Shown here: positions 23,924 through 37,756 of the stretch, one piece after another
Numbering within the stretch: the stretch's first letter is position 1
How the letters are laid out: each line of letters begins with the position of its first letter
Assembly (NCBI GenBank): GCA_052327205.1
Contig: CM126204.1
Location: 72,850,001 to 72,914,000 of the forward strand
Direction of reading: 5' to 3'
DNA length: 64,000 bases
Source: Somniosus microcephalus
Taxonomy: Eukaryota
Made by a program: the position numbers and the translations under genes
Notes under the pieces: model-generated
What the model saw: the letters and a program-made list of their open reading frames with translations, nothing else
What the model was told of the DNA's origin: nothing
Databases searched by the model: none

Positions 23924-26900
23924 CCTCGGTAACCATTATTCTCCAATACATACGGCATAGCTTATTTTCTAGTAATCCACTCTGAACACCAACTTGTAAT
24001 GCTGCAGTGGCAGCCATGTGATGCCCTTTTAACATCGGGCCTAATATTGCCATCAAGTTTATTATCCTTTCACCTACGTGATTGCTATGAACAGTGTACT
24101 ACATACTGTAATGAATAACTAGAGTTGCTCGTGAGTTAAGGCAAGCGTTCAATCTCTCTTCTGTTGATGTAAATTGTTTGAATTTTGCTGTCTTGGTTCA
24201 CAGTGCAATTGAAATTTGTGATTGTTGGCTTAAACTTGTTGAAAGCCGTCCATTATTTTGCATCTTACCCCTTATAGACAGTTTCCCGATGTTGAAAAAA
24301 ATAATTAAAATAAAACCATATGAATTTTCGCTTGGCTATAAGGAAAAGATTGTTATCACTTAACATATTGGAGTCTGTATAAGAGTGCTGAGAAGTGGGA
24401 TTAACTTTGATATTTTAGTTATTGCCTGATGCGGCCACTCTTCATCGGGGGGTGGGGAGGGGGCAGTTGATTGTTGTCAGGCTGTTAAACAATGAGTGGG
24501 ATCACATCAAGCCTGCGTCTGTCCTCACCTGACATCATCAAGTGACATTGAAAATGTGCACTTTCGAGCACATCTCAGGATGGTGATCAAGACTGATTCC
24601 CCTCCGCAATACTCAACCAGGGACACTGAGGCCAGGTGTTTTTCCCTCATCGCCGCTCCAACTGAGATTGGCGAACCTGGGATTGTTTTGGTCATCACAG
24701 CTTCTAGACTGGTATATGCAATCATTAGATTTTTAAATTATTTTTTCTAGAGGTCCTTTCTGAGGAGCCCTTTAATTAAACTTTTACTGTGCAGTAAATT
24801 TTAATATTCCTCCACTCAAAGAACTGAAGTATTTTTTTGTTTGTGAGTGTAAGTGTTAAACTATTCTTTGCAATATCCAGCTTGGTGGTTAAAGCTCTGT
24901 TAAAGCGGTTTGTGTATCCATGCCACTGACTTTTGTTCTTTGATCTGGGTTCCTGCCAAGTATAGAACCAACACACATGGTTGAACAGCCAAGGTCAGTG
25001 AGATGAGCACACAAACTATATATCCTGAATCAAACAATACAGTAAAAATCTGAGTCTTTTTACAAAACAGAAGCTATTAAGAAGCTTTGAACTCTGAATC
25101 TGTACATCAAGGAAGCAGTAATTTTGTGATAAATATGAAGCATTACAATTCTCTGACAAAGAGCTGTATAGTATATAGGTCTGAATGCCAGTCACCAAAC
25201 TTAATAGTGCAAAGTAATTACTGTATCGCAATAGTTAGTTGGGGTGCTTTTATTGTAAGGTCAATCAATGTGTTAATGGAAAATAAACCAACATAAACTA
25301 TTTGCCACAGCCTAAAACCTTTTTGAAAAAAAATCCAATAAAAAGTAAAAATGAACATCTGATGACTAACCTTTTTAATCAAATAGTAATGATGAAGGAA
25401 ACATTAGTGCATGGACTCACTGATCACAGTTACAGGGTAAAAAATCTACCTCATTAGTGCCTACAATCCAGGTTGCCATCTGAGGATATACAGAGTGGAG
25501 ATGTGATGCTTTCCCATGAAGCAAGGGAGGGAAAATCAGAGGAGAAGGCAATCTATGCCATTCTTGTGCACCTCATAGAAACTATTACAGAGTGATATGG
25601 GCAGAGACTTGGGAAAACCATTGCCTACATTTCCTGACCTGTCCTTTGCAAAATACTTGTACTGTAGCAGGGTGGATCAATGGCACTGGAGAGGTAATAA
25701 GTTATAAAATAGAGAAAATTCAAATTAAAGGCAGCCCTAGTGTCACAATACAGTTCTGCCTGCTAGATGTTCAAAATTAAGCATATGCCATATATACTAA
25801 TTCTATAGTTTCAGATAATTATTGTATCTTAATATTTATGTTACTTGCGCATTAAGGCCATAGGGTGTGTGTATGTTACAATATAGAATCCAGTATCACA
25901 AACTAGCCAACTATGGTTTTCCAATAAACCATGCAATTAACAGTTTCTACATTTAATATTAAAATAATTACATTGGTAAGAAAGTTGACCATCTATTTCA
26001 ACCTATCCTCATCAACTAAATAATTAGTTAAGGTAAACTGTGTTCTTTATACAGTAATGCTGTATCATTAATTATTCAGAATTTCCGCCAAAGGTGACAT
26101 TCAGCAGTTCTAACCGTTGATCGTACACACAAACTGCTAACTGATTCAAGACAGAAAGCATTTGTTGTCGGCAATTATTAAACTGTACAAAAACAGCAAT
26201 AATAGTTATATAGTGCTTTCCAAGCACAAAAAGTGAAATTATGAGGAGATTTATACTTCAATTACAGAACTCTTTAAAGGAAAAAATTCTTCATAACTAA
26301 GATCCCAAACACAGAAAAAATACTATTCTGGCAATTTGGAAGCAAATCTCAAGTTCAATTCAATTTCTGGTTGGGCTTTAAAGATTACATTTAGTCACTG
26401 AACTGCTCAACTCACATCACCAAGTCCACCATTTTGACTATAGTATGAGAGGAGTTTACACAAGGTGCAGGTTGGGCAGATTTCTGACATAAAGCTTATT
26501 TCTGGACACTGTTTTGTATTCAGACTCAGTAGCTATCATTTGAGGTTTGCTACAATACTTTTTAAAAAAGTTTTAAGGGCTTTGAGGTATAGAAATTCAC
26601 TTGCGCCTATTCACTGGCTCTGGTAAGTGGAGAATATCATGTCTTACTTGTTTATTTGTATAGCAGAGCCAATAATAAATTTCCATGTACATTTATGGGG
26701 TATTATGGAAAAAAAAAATTAAAAGCACATAGCAGTTTTCAGCATAATTTACACATTGTAATAAGAAATTAGTACAATTTGGGCATTTAATATTTTGACT
26801 ATTTTTCACTATTGGAAAATGCACAGCATAAACTCTCATACATTTTAGATGAGACTGCCAATAGATCTTAAAATGCAGTATAACCTTTTTAGATTTTCTG

Positions 26901-28351
26901 GGCATAAAACCTCAATGTCCACACTTCATTCAATCAGCAATGAACAAAACAGCAGGGTTAAATAACTGACTTTAAAACTAAGGATAGAGGGTTATAGTTA
27001 TCTGAAATAAATGACTTCTTTACAATCCTAGGCATCATTCTTGCACAGAATGTTGTAATCTATACATTTTTGGCACATATCATTAAAACTGTAAATGCAT
27101 GTAATGAAGCTTGAAATTTTAGGACCCAGAGAATTTTTAAAAATTGCATTGCAGTTTTTTTTTTATAAAAAAGGTCAAAGGATGAACTCTCAAATATTGA
27201 CCTGTGAGTCTTCGCTCAATTGTGGGGAATGTGTTCAAGATTTTGATGAGGGGTAGCGTAAGAAATCATTTGACAGGTCTGACTAGAGAGAACCAGTGTG
27301 GGGTCAGGAGGAGCAGGTGATGTCTGACCAGTTAACCGGAGTAATTTGAAGAGATTACCAAACTAGTGGACGTTATCTACCTGAATTTGAATTGTTGGGG
27401 CTATTTGTATTGGAATGAGGCAGCAGAGTGAGGGGACGTGAATGGTGCCAGAGTCAGGTGGAATATAAGGAAATATTATTTTACCAAGAAAGTAGACAGT
27501 TTTGGAACAGCTTATCAAGGGAGGTTGTAAGGATAAGTAGTTTAGATCTCCAGGGTAAATTGGACAAATATCTTGACGGGAAGCACATTATTGGATACAA
27601 CTGCTAGGATAGTAGGAAAGAAACCTGCCAGGATTTATATTCCTTTCCACTTCGAGAGTTTTTATGTTTCTACCTGCCCCACATAATGGGCTGATTCATA
27701 AAGTGGCTGGAAGGTAGATAACAAAAGGCTGTGGTACTTGGGAAGGGTTGGGCTACAGTTGTTTATAAATGTCTTAGAATATTCTCCAAGGTGTCTTAAT
27801 TTTTCAGGTAACACCAAATTGGGTGCAGCGGCCAATGCTGTTGACCAATGTGTGATAATTCAAAGGGATCCAAAGGTGAGGTCAGTGGGCAGAGAGCTGG
27901 CAGACGGTATTCAACACAACTAATTGTAAAGTGATGAGATTAGGTAGAAGAATTTAGATTATATATTAAATGGCAACATACTTGAGGTAAAAGAGCAGGG
28001 AATAGATCTGGGATTTTGGTGGATAGTTCATTAAAACAGTCCACTATTTGCAGGTGCTGAAGAAAGCAAATGAAATGTTAGAATGTATAGCTAGGAGTGT
28101 GACTTAAAAATGTACAGAGGTCATGTTGAAGTTGTTTTAGACCTTGATGAAGCTGAGTCTGAAGTAGTTTTCAGTTGTGATCTCCCTATGCGGAAAAGGT
28201 GATGAATTATTGGTCCAGAGGCAGGCTAAGAGGCTAATTCCTGAATTTAGAGGACTGAGATATGAGGAAAGATTGTCTAGTCCGAAACTTTACTTTCAGG
28301 AAAAGAGAAGAATGAGGGGGGCACTTGCAAGTGCTTTTTAAAAAAAAGTAT

Positions 28352-29345
28352 GGAGCAGAATTTACAGTCGGTCTGATGGATACTCTCAGAGTACGCCGTC
28401 ATACCGCCTTTGAAATTGACTAAGTTTGGGATTTATGCGCTAAATGGCAAACTTGCGATCTGTCAAGTTCTGACGAGACAGATCATCCGCTGTAACTGTC
28501 AAATCCTCTTTGCTGGTGCAGAGTTGGGCTAATTGCGCACCAACTGCACAGCAATTATGCAGGAAAATTTTACGGCTAGTGCAAACAGGCACAAGAGCCT
28601 GTTTGCACAGTGTAAGGGGAGGGGGGATATGCAATGTTAGGTGAAGCATCAAAACAGCAGCTTGAAATATGGTTTTCAGTGTGTGATGAATGGGCTTAAA
28701 ATTTGTCAAACTTAAAAGCAGTTAAGATAAAGTAAGATTAAATATAAATAACTTTTTTCCTGGAACAGCAAGTGCTAATTGGACTATTTCAAAAGACAGG
28801 TTCTCATAATCTCCAGGTTAATGAACTTGGAATATTTGGAATGTTTTAGAGATTTAGGGCACTTTCATTTTTGTGCATTAAAAATCATGTCTGTAATAAG
28901 TTCATGGCTACTACAATATTGCTTAAATAGAAGGCAGGTTCCAAAGCTCTGAGTACGTGTCGCATTTAGAGATTAATTTTTTTCTTGGATGGCCTAAATA
29001 TTGGAAGTTGACCCACACTTCCACATGAAATTCTGCACCGACTGCCTAACATGTCAGGGTGCACCAGAAACAGGAGGACGGCAGAAAAGCCTTCTCAAAT
29101 CCAGGCCCTACAAATGAATGGGCACCGGAGATTTCTGTTTCCTGATTGGTGCACCGCCCCATGTGATCTTGGGCATGCATACGCACATGATGCGCCCCTG
29201 GGATCCGTGGGCCACTATGCTGCGCACAACTCCGCAGCAAAACAACGCAAGTTTTCAAAGGGGGCCTTGCACCAGGTAAGTGTGGATTTTGTTCGGAGGT
29301 CGGCAGCGTACTCCTTAGTTACGCCGCCGACCGCAATTTCAGGGC
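28352..29345. mobile_element. Harbinger-type non-autonomous element (MITE family A)
   Basis: Imperfect TIRs (gcagaatttacagtcgg ... ccgaccgcaatttcagggc); interrupts the old CR1; no coding motifs. Confidence 0.7.
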
Positions 29346-29471
29346 TTATGTGTATGGAGAATTTGGATTCGGGAAAGTTCTTCTGTCAGATACAAGATAC
29401 AAGGAGTAGTTTACCATTAAGGATGCCAACAGTAAATGGGAAATTTAGACAACTTTTTTTATAGAGTCTTG

Positions 29472-30157
29472 GGCCTAGAAATTGGGTTTTGGCTTAGCCA
29501 GGGCTTTAGCGCCGGAAATTAGTGCCGGCGCTAAGTCCCCTGCGCACGCCAAAAATTCAGTGGCGCCGCGCCCAAACGGCTGCTGGCGCTACTGAAGGGT
29601 CTTAGCGCCTGGAAAAGGGCGCTAACTGCCGTTTCGCGCCGCAATTCCGGCGCTGCGGCACCCGATGCGGTGCAGCAGGCTGGGGAAGTGCAGGCCTCCT
29701 CCTTCCGTTAAGGAGGAGCTGCCTGCACCCGGCCGCGGCCCGCGCAAATCTGCTTAAAAATGAGCCCGGCACCTCGGACAAGTGCCGGGCTTGCATCTGT
29801 TCCGGGGGGGGGGGGGGAGAGAAGTCCGGGGAGGGAGCTGCGGGCAGGCGGCCGGCGGGAAAGCGGCTGGCCGCCGCGGGGCCTTTAATGCGCCGGCGCT
29901 AACTGCAGTAAGGCACCTCTGACAAAACGCTGGTTGCGGCTGCCACGGGCGAGGCGGCCGCAACTCAATTTCGGAGTTTGGGCGGGTTACCACGGCAACC
30001 GGGACGCTGCGCGCACCGATGACGTCATCGGTGCCGGCGCAGCGCTACCGGAGCAACGCCGATTTAGGGCCCCAGGGAATTTCACTACTGGCCATAACTC
30101 CGGCGCAAGGCCCTCTAGCGCCTCAAATGAGGCGCTAAGGCTACTGAATTTTCAGCC
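29472..30157. mobile_element. GC-rich Harbinger-type MITE (family B), copy 1
   Basis: Termini ggcctagaaatt ... aattttcagcc. Inverted homology to 37757-38431. Sits inside the 3' tail of the young CR1. Confidence 0.8.
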
Positions 30158-30222
30158 TATACAGCACAGAAAGAGGCCCTTCGGCCCATCGCGTCCGCGC
30201 CAGCCATCAAGCCCCGTCCAAT

Positions 30223-33200
30223 CTAATCCCACTTTCCAGCATTTGGTCCGTAGCCTTGTATGCTATGGCATATCAAGTGCTCATCCAAATTCTTCTTGAA
30301 TGTTGTGAGGGTTCCTGCCTCTACCACGCTTTCAGGCAGTGAGTTCCAGATTCCAACCACCCTCTGGGTGAAAAAGTTCTTCCTCAAATCCCCTCTAAAC
30401 CTCCTGCCCCTTACCTTGAATCTATGCCCCCTTGTTATTGACCCCTCTACTAAGGGAAAAAGTTCCTTTCTATCTACCCTATCTATGCCTCTCATAATTT
30501 TGTACACCTCAATCAGGTCCCCCCTCAGCCTTCTCTGCTCCAAGGAAAACAACCCCAGCCTGTCCAGTCTTTCTTCATAGCTGAAGCGCTCCAGCCCAGG
30601 TAACATCCTGGTGAATCTCCTCTGCACCCTCTCCAAAGCAATCACATCCTTCCTATAGTGTGGCGACCAGAACTGCACACAGTATTCCAGCTGTGGCCTA
30701 ACCAGCGTTTTGTACAGCTCCATCATAACCTGCCTGCTCTTATATTCTATGCCTCGGCTAATGAAGGCAAGTATCCCATATGCCTTTTTCACCACCTTAT
30801 CCACCTGTTCTGCTGCCTTCAGGGATCTATGTATATGCACACCAAGGTCCCTCTGATCCTCTGTCTTTCCTAGGGTCTTACCATTCATTGTGTATTCCCT
30901 TGCCTTGTTAGTCCCTCCAAAATGCATCACCTCATACTTTTCAGGGCTAAATTCCATTTGCCACTGTTCCGCCCATCTGCCCAACCCATCTATATCGTCC
31001 TGCAGACTGAGGCTACCCTCCTCGCTATTTACCACCCCACCAATTTTCGTGTCATCTGCGAACTTACTGATCATACCTTTTTACATTCACATCCAAATCA
31101 TTAATGTAGACCACAAACAGCAAGGGACCCAGCACCGATCCCTGCGGTACCCCACTGGACACAGGCTTCCAGTCACAAAAACAACCTTCGACCATCACCC
31201 TCTGCCTTCTGCCACTAAGCCAGTTTTGGATCCAATGTGCCAAGTTACCCTGGATCCCATGGCCTTTTACCTTCTTGACCAGTCTCCTATGTGGGACTTT
31301 GTCAAAAGCCTTACTGAAATCCATGTATACCACATCCACTACACTACCCTCATCCACACACCTAGTCACCCCCTCGAAAAATTCAATCAAATTGGTCAGA
31401 CATGATCTTCCCTTGACAAAGCCATGCTGACTATCCCTGATTAATCCTTGCCTCTCCAAGTGGAGGCTAATTCTGTCCCTCAGAATTTTTACCAATAATT
31501 TCCCTACCACTGATGTTAGGCTCACTGGCCTGTAATTCCCTGGTTTATCCCTACTACCCTTCTTGAATAATGGTACTACGTTAGCTGTTCTCCAGTCCTC
31601 TGGCACATCCCCTGTGGCCAGAGAGGTTCTGAAAATTTGTGTCAGAGCCCTAGCAATCTCCTCCTTTGCCTCACACAGCAGCCTGGGATACATCTCGTCC
31701 GGGCCTGGGGATTTATCCACTTTTAAGCCTGCTAAAACCGCTAGTACCTCCTCCCTCTCGATGCTAATATGTTCAAGTATATCACAGTCCCCCTGCCCGA
31801 TTTCTATGTCCACATCGTCCTTCTCCATAGTGAACACAGATGCAAAAAATTCATTTAAAACCCCACCTACATCTTCTGGTTCCACACACACATTGCCACT
31901 TTGGTCCCTAATGGGCCCTACTCTTTCCCTAATTATCCTCTTGCCCTTAATATACTTATAAAACACCTTAGGATTTTCCTTTATTTTGCTCGCCAGTGTT
32001 ATTTCATAGCCCCTCCTCGCTCTCCTAATTTCTTTTTTAAGTATCCCCCTGCACTTTTTATACTCCTCTAGGGCTTCCTCTGTCTTTAGCCCTTTGTATC
32101 TGCCAAAAGCCCCCCTTTTTTTCCTAATCCATTCTCGTATATCCCTTGACATCCAAGGTTCCCTGGGCTTGTTGATCCCACCCTTGACCTTTACGGGAAC
32201 ATGTTGCCATTGTACTCTCTCAATTTCCTTTCTGAAAGACTCTCATTGCTCCGATGTGGATTTTCCTACAAGTAGCTGATCCCAGTCCACTTTGGCCAGA
32301 TCCTGCCTTATCATATTAAAATCGGCCTTCCCCCAATTTAGAACCTTTATTTCCGGTCCATCTGTCCTTTTCCATGACCACCTTAAATCTCACCGAATTA
32401 TGGTCACTGTCACCAAAGTGCTCACCTACTAACACTTCTACCACTTGCCCGGCCACATTCCCTAGAATTAGGTCCAGTACCGCCCCCTCCCTTGTAGGAC
32501 TTTCTACATGCTGGCTCAAAAAGCTCTCCTGGATGCACTTTAAGAATTCTGCACCCTCTAAGCCTTTCGCACTCTGACTATCCCAGTTAATATTGGGGAA
32601 GTTGAAATCCCCCACTATTATTACCCTATTATTTGCACATTTCTCTGAGATTTGCCTACATATCTGTTCCTCTATCTCCCCCTGACTGTTTGGGGGCCTA
32701 TAGTACACTCCCAGCAAAGTGCTTGCCCCCTTTTTGTTTTTAAGTTCTACCCATATGGCCTCATTAGAGGAACCTGTTAATATATCATCCCGCCTTACAG
32801 CAGTAATTGACTCCTTAATTAATATTGCGACACCCGCTCCTCTTTTACCCCCCCCCCCTCTGTCTTGCCTGAAGATTCTATACCCCGGAATATTGAGCTG
32901 CCAGTCTTGCCCCTCCCTCAACCATGTCTCCGTGATAGCAACAATATCATACTCCCATGTGTTCATCAACACCTTCAGTTCATCCACCTTATTCGCAAGA
33001 CTCCTTGCATTAAAATAAATGCCATCCAGCCTTGCCCTACACCCTTGTGCCATTACATATTTGCTCTGCCTTCCAAGCTGACTTGTTTTTTCCTCTATAT
33101 TTGGCTGTACATCACCCCCTATTATCGCTCCACTCTGTATCCCATCCCCCTGCCAAGTTAGTTTAAACCCCCCCAACAGTGCTAGCAAACCTCCCCGCAA
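30223..33200 (-). pseudogene. CR1 ORF2 (APE endonuclease + reverse transcriptase), broken by at least two frameshifts
   Basis: YFNARSL, ITETW, YRPP, GDFN, SDH in 32316-33200; KSPGPD, NYRPVSLTS, DFSKAFDKV, GVPQGSVLGP in 31064-32152; FADDTK in 30223-31074. Confidence 0.95.
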
Positions 33201-33637
33201 GGATATTTGTCCTGTTCTGTTTCAGGTGCAATTCGTCCGACTTGTACAAGTCCCACCTTCCCCAGAAGCAGACCCAGTGATCCAGGAAACTAAAGCCCTC
33301 CCTCCTGCACCAACTCTTTAGCCACGCATTCTTCTGCTCTATCCTCCTATTCCTATACTCACTAGCACGTGGCACCAGGAGTAATCCAGAGATTACAACC
33401 TTTGAGGTCCTGCTCTTTAATCTGCTACCTAGCTCCCTAAATTCTTGCTGCAGGACCTCATCCCTCTTCCTACCCATGTCATTGGTCCCAATGTGAACCA
33501 CGACCTCTGACTGTTCACCCTCCCCCTTCAGAATACCCTGCAGCCGTTCAGTGACATCCTTGACCCTGGCACCAGGGAGGCAACAAACCATCCTGGAGTC
33601 ACGTCTACGGCCACAGAAACACCTATCTGTTCCCCTT
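33163..33637 (-). pseudogene. CR1 ORF1 C-terminal SGNH esterase domain, partial
   Basis: VCCLPGARVKDV...VVVHIGTND...N.WL...D.LHL motifs. Confidence 0.9.
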
Positions 33638-33879
33638 TATATAGTAAGAGAGTGGTAAAAATATGGTAAAGACTACCAATGGGCATATTAGAACAGAAAG
33701 ACATGGCAGGTTTTAACAAAGGGCTGGATAAATTCCTATGAGGAAAGGTGATACTGGGCTGTTAGCTTCAGAATCACAGTAAGGAAACTGATGGAAGGTT
33801 GAAGTGGTAGGCCAGATGGATCAGTGATATTCTCCTGCCCAAGAACATTACTTTGTGCTATTACGTTACCATTTGTGTG

Positions 33880-33990
33880 AAAGGTAAACTTACCTGCCCT
33901 CTCCACAGATGCTGACTGACCTGCTGTGTGTTTTCAGCATTTTCTGATTTTTGTTTCAGGTTACCAGCATCTGCAGTATTTTGCTTTTTT
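33880..33990 (+). mobile_element. Short repeat fragment resembling the terminal region of shark Penelope-like elements
   Basis: ctctccacagatgctg..gacctgctg...ccagcatctgcagtattttgctttt, recalled as an abundant elasmobranch repeat; class assignment is inference. Confidence 0.45.
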
Positions 33991-34515
33991 AAATTGGCGA
34001 GCAAACTTCTCTTGTCTGTAGCTTGTATATTATGTGTGGGCTGTATAGTGTTCTAGGTTCTCTATTTTGTTAATCCCCTGTCATAATTGGACTTGTCATA
34101 AATTTGTTTACCAAAGCTCCTGTCATGCTTTTGGAGGGGGGGGGGGGGTGGGGGGAGTAATTGCTACTTCCTAAATGAATGTGCAGCAACAAATCTAATC
34201 CTAATAGTACACACTGACAGAGCAGTAGATTACATTCTTACCTTGGAATTTGTTTGGGGACATCAATAAAAATGACTAATTTGATTATTGACCAGCTATG
34301 CTCTTGCATTTTCATAGTGATTATTATACAAATAATGATTGTATTTAGGGAAGGGAAAGATTAGGCTGTTCCCTTCCTAAAAACAATGAATGAATTTACA
34401 GATATATAGAAGGGTTACAATTCATGCACAGTACAGGTAGCAAAAAAAGGATAATTAGTATCCAACAGGTTTGAGTAGATATTTCTTTTAGCCCTTGAGC
34501 GGTATTTCAGAGGAA

Positions 34516-34900
34516 GTCATACACAACAGCAGGAGGCCATTTGACCCATCATTCCAGTGTTGGAGCTAGCTCTTCAACTGGAGCTATCTACTTTAATCCT
34601 ATTTCCTTCCCTTTCCCCATTTCTTTTCATATTCCTTTTCAAATACCTATCCGATTCCATTTAAATTATGTTACAGTCACTGCATTAATAGCCGCTTGTG
34701 GTAAAGTATTCCACATCCTAATGATATTCTTGTGAACAAAACCTCTTTTAACCTCCCCCTTCATTCTTCTAGTGATAATCCTCAGTCTGTGACCCCTTGT
34801 TCCCGATTCACCAACCAGTGGAAACAGTCCTTCACTGTTTGCCTTCTCAAAACCTTTCATAATTTTGAAAATGTCTATTGCGTTCCTCCTTAATCTTCTA
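34516..34900 (-). mobile_element. CR1-like LINE 3' fragment
   Basis: Minus ORF LFPLVGESGTRGHRL...MWNTLP followed by a 3' UTR. Confidence 0.85.
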
Positions 34901-35765
34901 TACTATATTGTTTTTCTCCTTGCTCATCTTACCGTGAGTCAGATGTTGAGTATGATTGGGAAATAATGCTGGTTTTGAGCTGAATCTTGAAGTGTTTACT
35001 TTTTGCTGTTTATAGTTTAATGGGCACAATAGTCTTGTCCTGCATGAATGAATATCCGTGTTGTGTGCTGCGGCTCCACGACAGATGATACCTCTTATCT
35101 CCTGTGATTTGGAATTTAAAAGCCAGTGAAGCTCAACAATTGTATATTCTGATTTAAATGGGCTGAAAATGGCACTTTATTTAAATTTCAAAACTAAAAA
35201 AAATGTAAATGATGCAGTCCTGTTTAATGCAGATCATTCTTAAGCAGGTGAAACCTCAAGTCTGCTTTAAACTCTGAGATTTCAAAAATAAAACTAAGCA
35301 GGTGAATGGGATTAGATTTCCTTTCAAAAATGAAGTTAGCTCACACTTATTTTACATCTACAATAATTGGGTTGAATAGACCTCTACTCTAGATTACAGT
35401 ATGCAAATTAACCTGATACATGCTTATGAGATATTAATCTTTATCACATTGACTGAGTGTGTATCAGCTAAGCTATTTTATATCTTTTGCTTTCTTTAAC
35501 CATAGGTTTTGTGATAAAATATTAAAATTACTAATAACTGCAATAATTTGTATTTATTGAAAATGGTGAAACCTAGTTTATTGGCTTAATTAAAGTAACC
35601 TCCTCTGAACTGCTATTTCAAAGTGCTTTGCAAATAACATGCTCTTTTCCAGAAATGAGTTTTCGGTTAAGTATATTTCAAAATGTGAGTGCTGGATTCA
35701 TAAACCTATGATGCTATGATTTGAAGTATTCTTGAGCACTACGTGGCCTAGTGAATTTACTGATG

Positions 35766-36210
35766 AAAGAAGGAACTTGCATTTGGTACCTTTGACAACT
35801 TCAGGGTGTCCCAAAGCACTTCACAACCAATGAATTGCTTTTGAAGTGTTACTTTTTAGGCAAATGGGGCAGCCAATTTGTGCACAGTAAGATCCCATAA
35901 ACAGCAGTGAAGTAAATGACCAGTTAGTCTGTTTTTGGAGCTGTTGATTGAGGGATAAATATTCGCAAAGACACTGGGAGAACTCCCCTGGTCTTCTTCA
36001 AATAGTGTCACAAGATCTCTTGCATCCACTTGAACATGCAGACAGGGCCTCAGTTTAACGTCTTTTCCGAAAGACAACATGTTCGACAGTGCAGCACTCC
36101 TTCAGTACTGCATTGAGGAGTAAGCCTAGGTTATGTGCTCAAGTCCCTGGAGTGGGGCTTGATCCCATGACCTTCTGACTCGAGAGTGATACCACTGGGC
36201 CAAGCTACTT
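35766..36210 (-). mobile_element. SacSINE1/DeuSINE-like SINE
   Basis: tRNA-like head (gcttggcccagtggta..., B-box-like ggatcaagccc), central domain (gcactgtcg..., gatgcaagagatc), tail ending aaatgcaagttc.ttcttt. Confidence 0.75.
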
Positions 36211-36599
36211 TGGAGTCCAGGAGGAATGCAGTTCATGCACATTACAGCTAGCAAAAGGATACCTTCATTCGTATGGCATTGCTTAGATTGTAATGTGTTT
36301 TTTTTGACATTGGAAAATAAAATGTAACAAAAGACAATGATTTTGTTTGCTGGAGTTTCCAAAGTTTTATTCAATTTTACAGAGTAATGACGGCGAATGC
36401 TGACAGTTTTGTCGTCATTACAACCACAAATTCCAAGCCATTATGTTGCCAGGAGCTTTGAGGGAGGTGGAAAGAAGAGATAGTTGCCTTGCAAGGTCCT
36501 TGGCTCAGTAAGTTCTGTAAATTTTATCTTAAAATAACGCATGTTAATCAGGCTTGAATAGCGTGTAGATGTCAGATTATGGCAGTAGTTTTTAGTGCA

Positions 36600-36917
36600 C
36601 CCTATATCCATAAAGCACTTACCTGTTCTCGCCTCTCTTTAGTTATCAGGTTTTCCGAGGCCCGGGAAACCTGGCTGGCCAGCGTTAAAGCTGGAACAGA
36701 GAAAGAATCTGAGGCACGCAGACTCATAAAAATATCTAAATGAGTGACCCGCCTCCTGGGAGCAGGTTGGCCACCTGCTCCCCCCTCCACCGGCTCTGCC
36801 TCTGTTAAAATCAAAAGTGGGCTGGTTAAAGATGGGTTGGGTTCGGGTTTACAATTTTTTACATTTATAGTTCCCACCCGACCCAAACCCACCTGTTTTT
36901 GGGGTTAAAATTCCCCC
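36600..36917 (-). mobile_element. Partial Harbinger-type MITE (family D)
   Basis: Reverse complement of the left part of 40876-41513 (gggggaattttaacccc..ggtttgggtcgggtggga). Left boundary uncertain. Confidence 0.65.
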
Positions 36918-37187
36918 TGTGCTAATATTGCAATGGCATCTAGTGAGTCGACCATGCAGTAATGGAAAATGTAGTAGTGTGCAGCAACAGTGTTAACTAC
37001 ACAACTGATACTCATATTCATAGAATGAGTTGGAGCTGTATTAGCTACATTTACGATGATAAGCACATCTTAAACTTCTGCTTCAAAATCACACTCTTGC
37101 CTATCAGTGGGTGACTAATGAAAGACTTGTTCATTTTCAATATATTGCCATCTTCTGTAAATAGACTTTTTGGGCCAGAATTTGCAG

Positions 37188-37315
37188 TAAGAACATAAGA
37201 AATAAAAGCAGGAGTAGGCAATTTGGCTCCTCAAGCCTGCTCCGCCATTCAGTAAGATCATGGCTGATCTTTTACCTCATCTTCACTTTCCTGCATTATC
37301 CCCATATCCATTGAT
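37188..37315 (-). mobile_element. CR1-like 3' end fragment inserted in MITE C
   Basis: taagaacataagaaata..gcaggagtagg..gcctgctccgccattc, the same tail as 9280-9410. Confidence 0.85.
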
Positions 37316-37756
37316 TTGGCTAACTAATGGTGTTCGCCATTATTACCCCTTTGGATCTGACTGCAACTTCAGGATTTAGCACATGGGCATCGAAACGCGG
37401 AAATCCTGAAGTTGTGGTCAGTAATTCACTGCTCCGACACTGGCTGCGCTATTCCCTCCCCATTCCCCATAGCTGGAAATCAGCGAACCTGATGAAAATT
37501 TGGGCTTTTCCACAGTAATATCGCTGTTAAATACCCCATTAACAGTTAGACCTTGTTGGAGTCGGTGTAACTGGGGTTTTAACAGCGTATTGACTGCTAA
37601 ACAAATGTTATGGCCCTGAAAAACTAATTTTAATTTTGTGTTGTGTCAAATTTCTCCATTATGATAAAAATTACAATTTTTAAGAAATTAAAAATTTTTT
37701 TTTTAATTTGTTTTCAGATATTTCAGGGTCTACCTTATGCTGATGTGAGAGCCCCA

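Larger units (their letters stand above)
30158..33637 (-). mobile_element. Near full-length CR1-like LINE, 5'-truncated within ORF1
   Basis: ORF1 SGNH/GDSL esterase part, then ORF2 APE endonuclease and RT, then 3' UTR. The tail end lies at 29461-29471, left of the MITE. Confidence 0.95.
27190..33780 (+). mobile_element. Old degenerate CR1-like LINE split by younger insertions (pieces ~27190-28350, 29346-29460, 33640-33780)
   Basis: Decayed RT motifs in order: PVSL.S.VG, VDVIYL.F, TKLG, RRMRG, then GKFRQLF and RVVKIW..LP after the insertions. Confidence 0.7.

Noticed and set aside
29602-30299. Pro/Arg/Ala-rich ORFs (also 37643-38492)
   Set aside because: They arise from stop-poor GC-rich MITE sequence.
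30260-33161. Plus-strand ORFs overlapping the CR1
   Set aside because: Antisense shadows of CR1 ORF2.
33870-33900. Possible hammerhead ribozyme next to the Penelope-like fragment
   Set aside because: No CTGA(T/C/A)GA core upstream of the GAAA; the fragment is truncated.
36150-36210. tRNA-like A/B boxes (also 46768-46830 and ~10900-10975)
   Set aside because: These look like SINE heads, with no complete cloverleaf.
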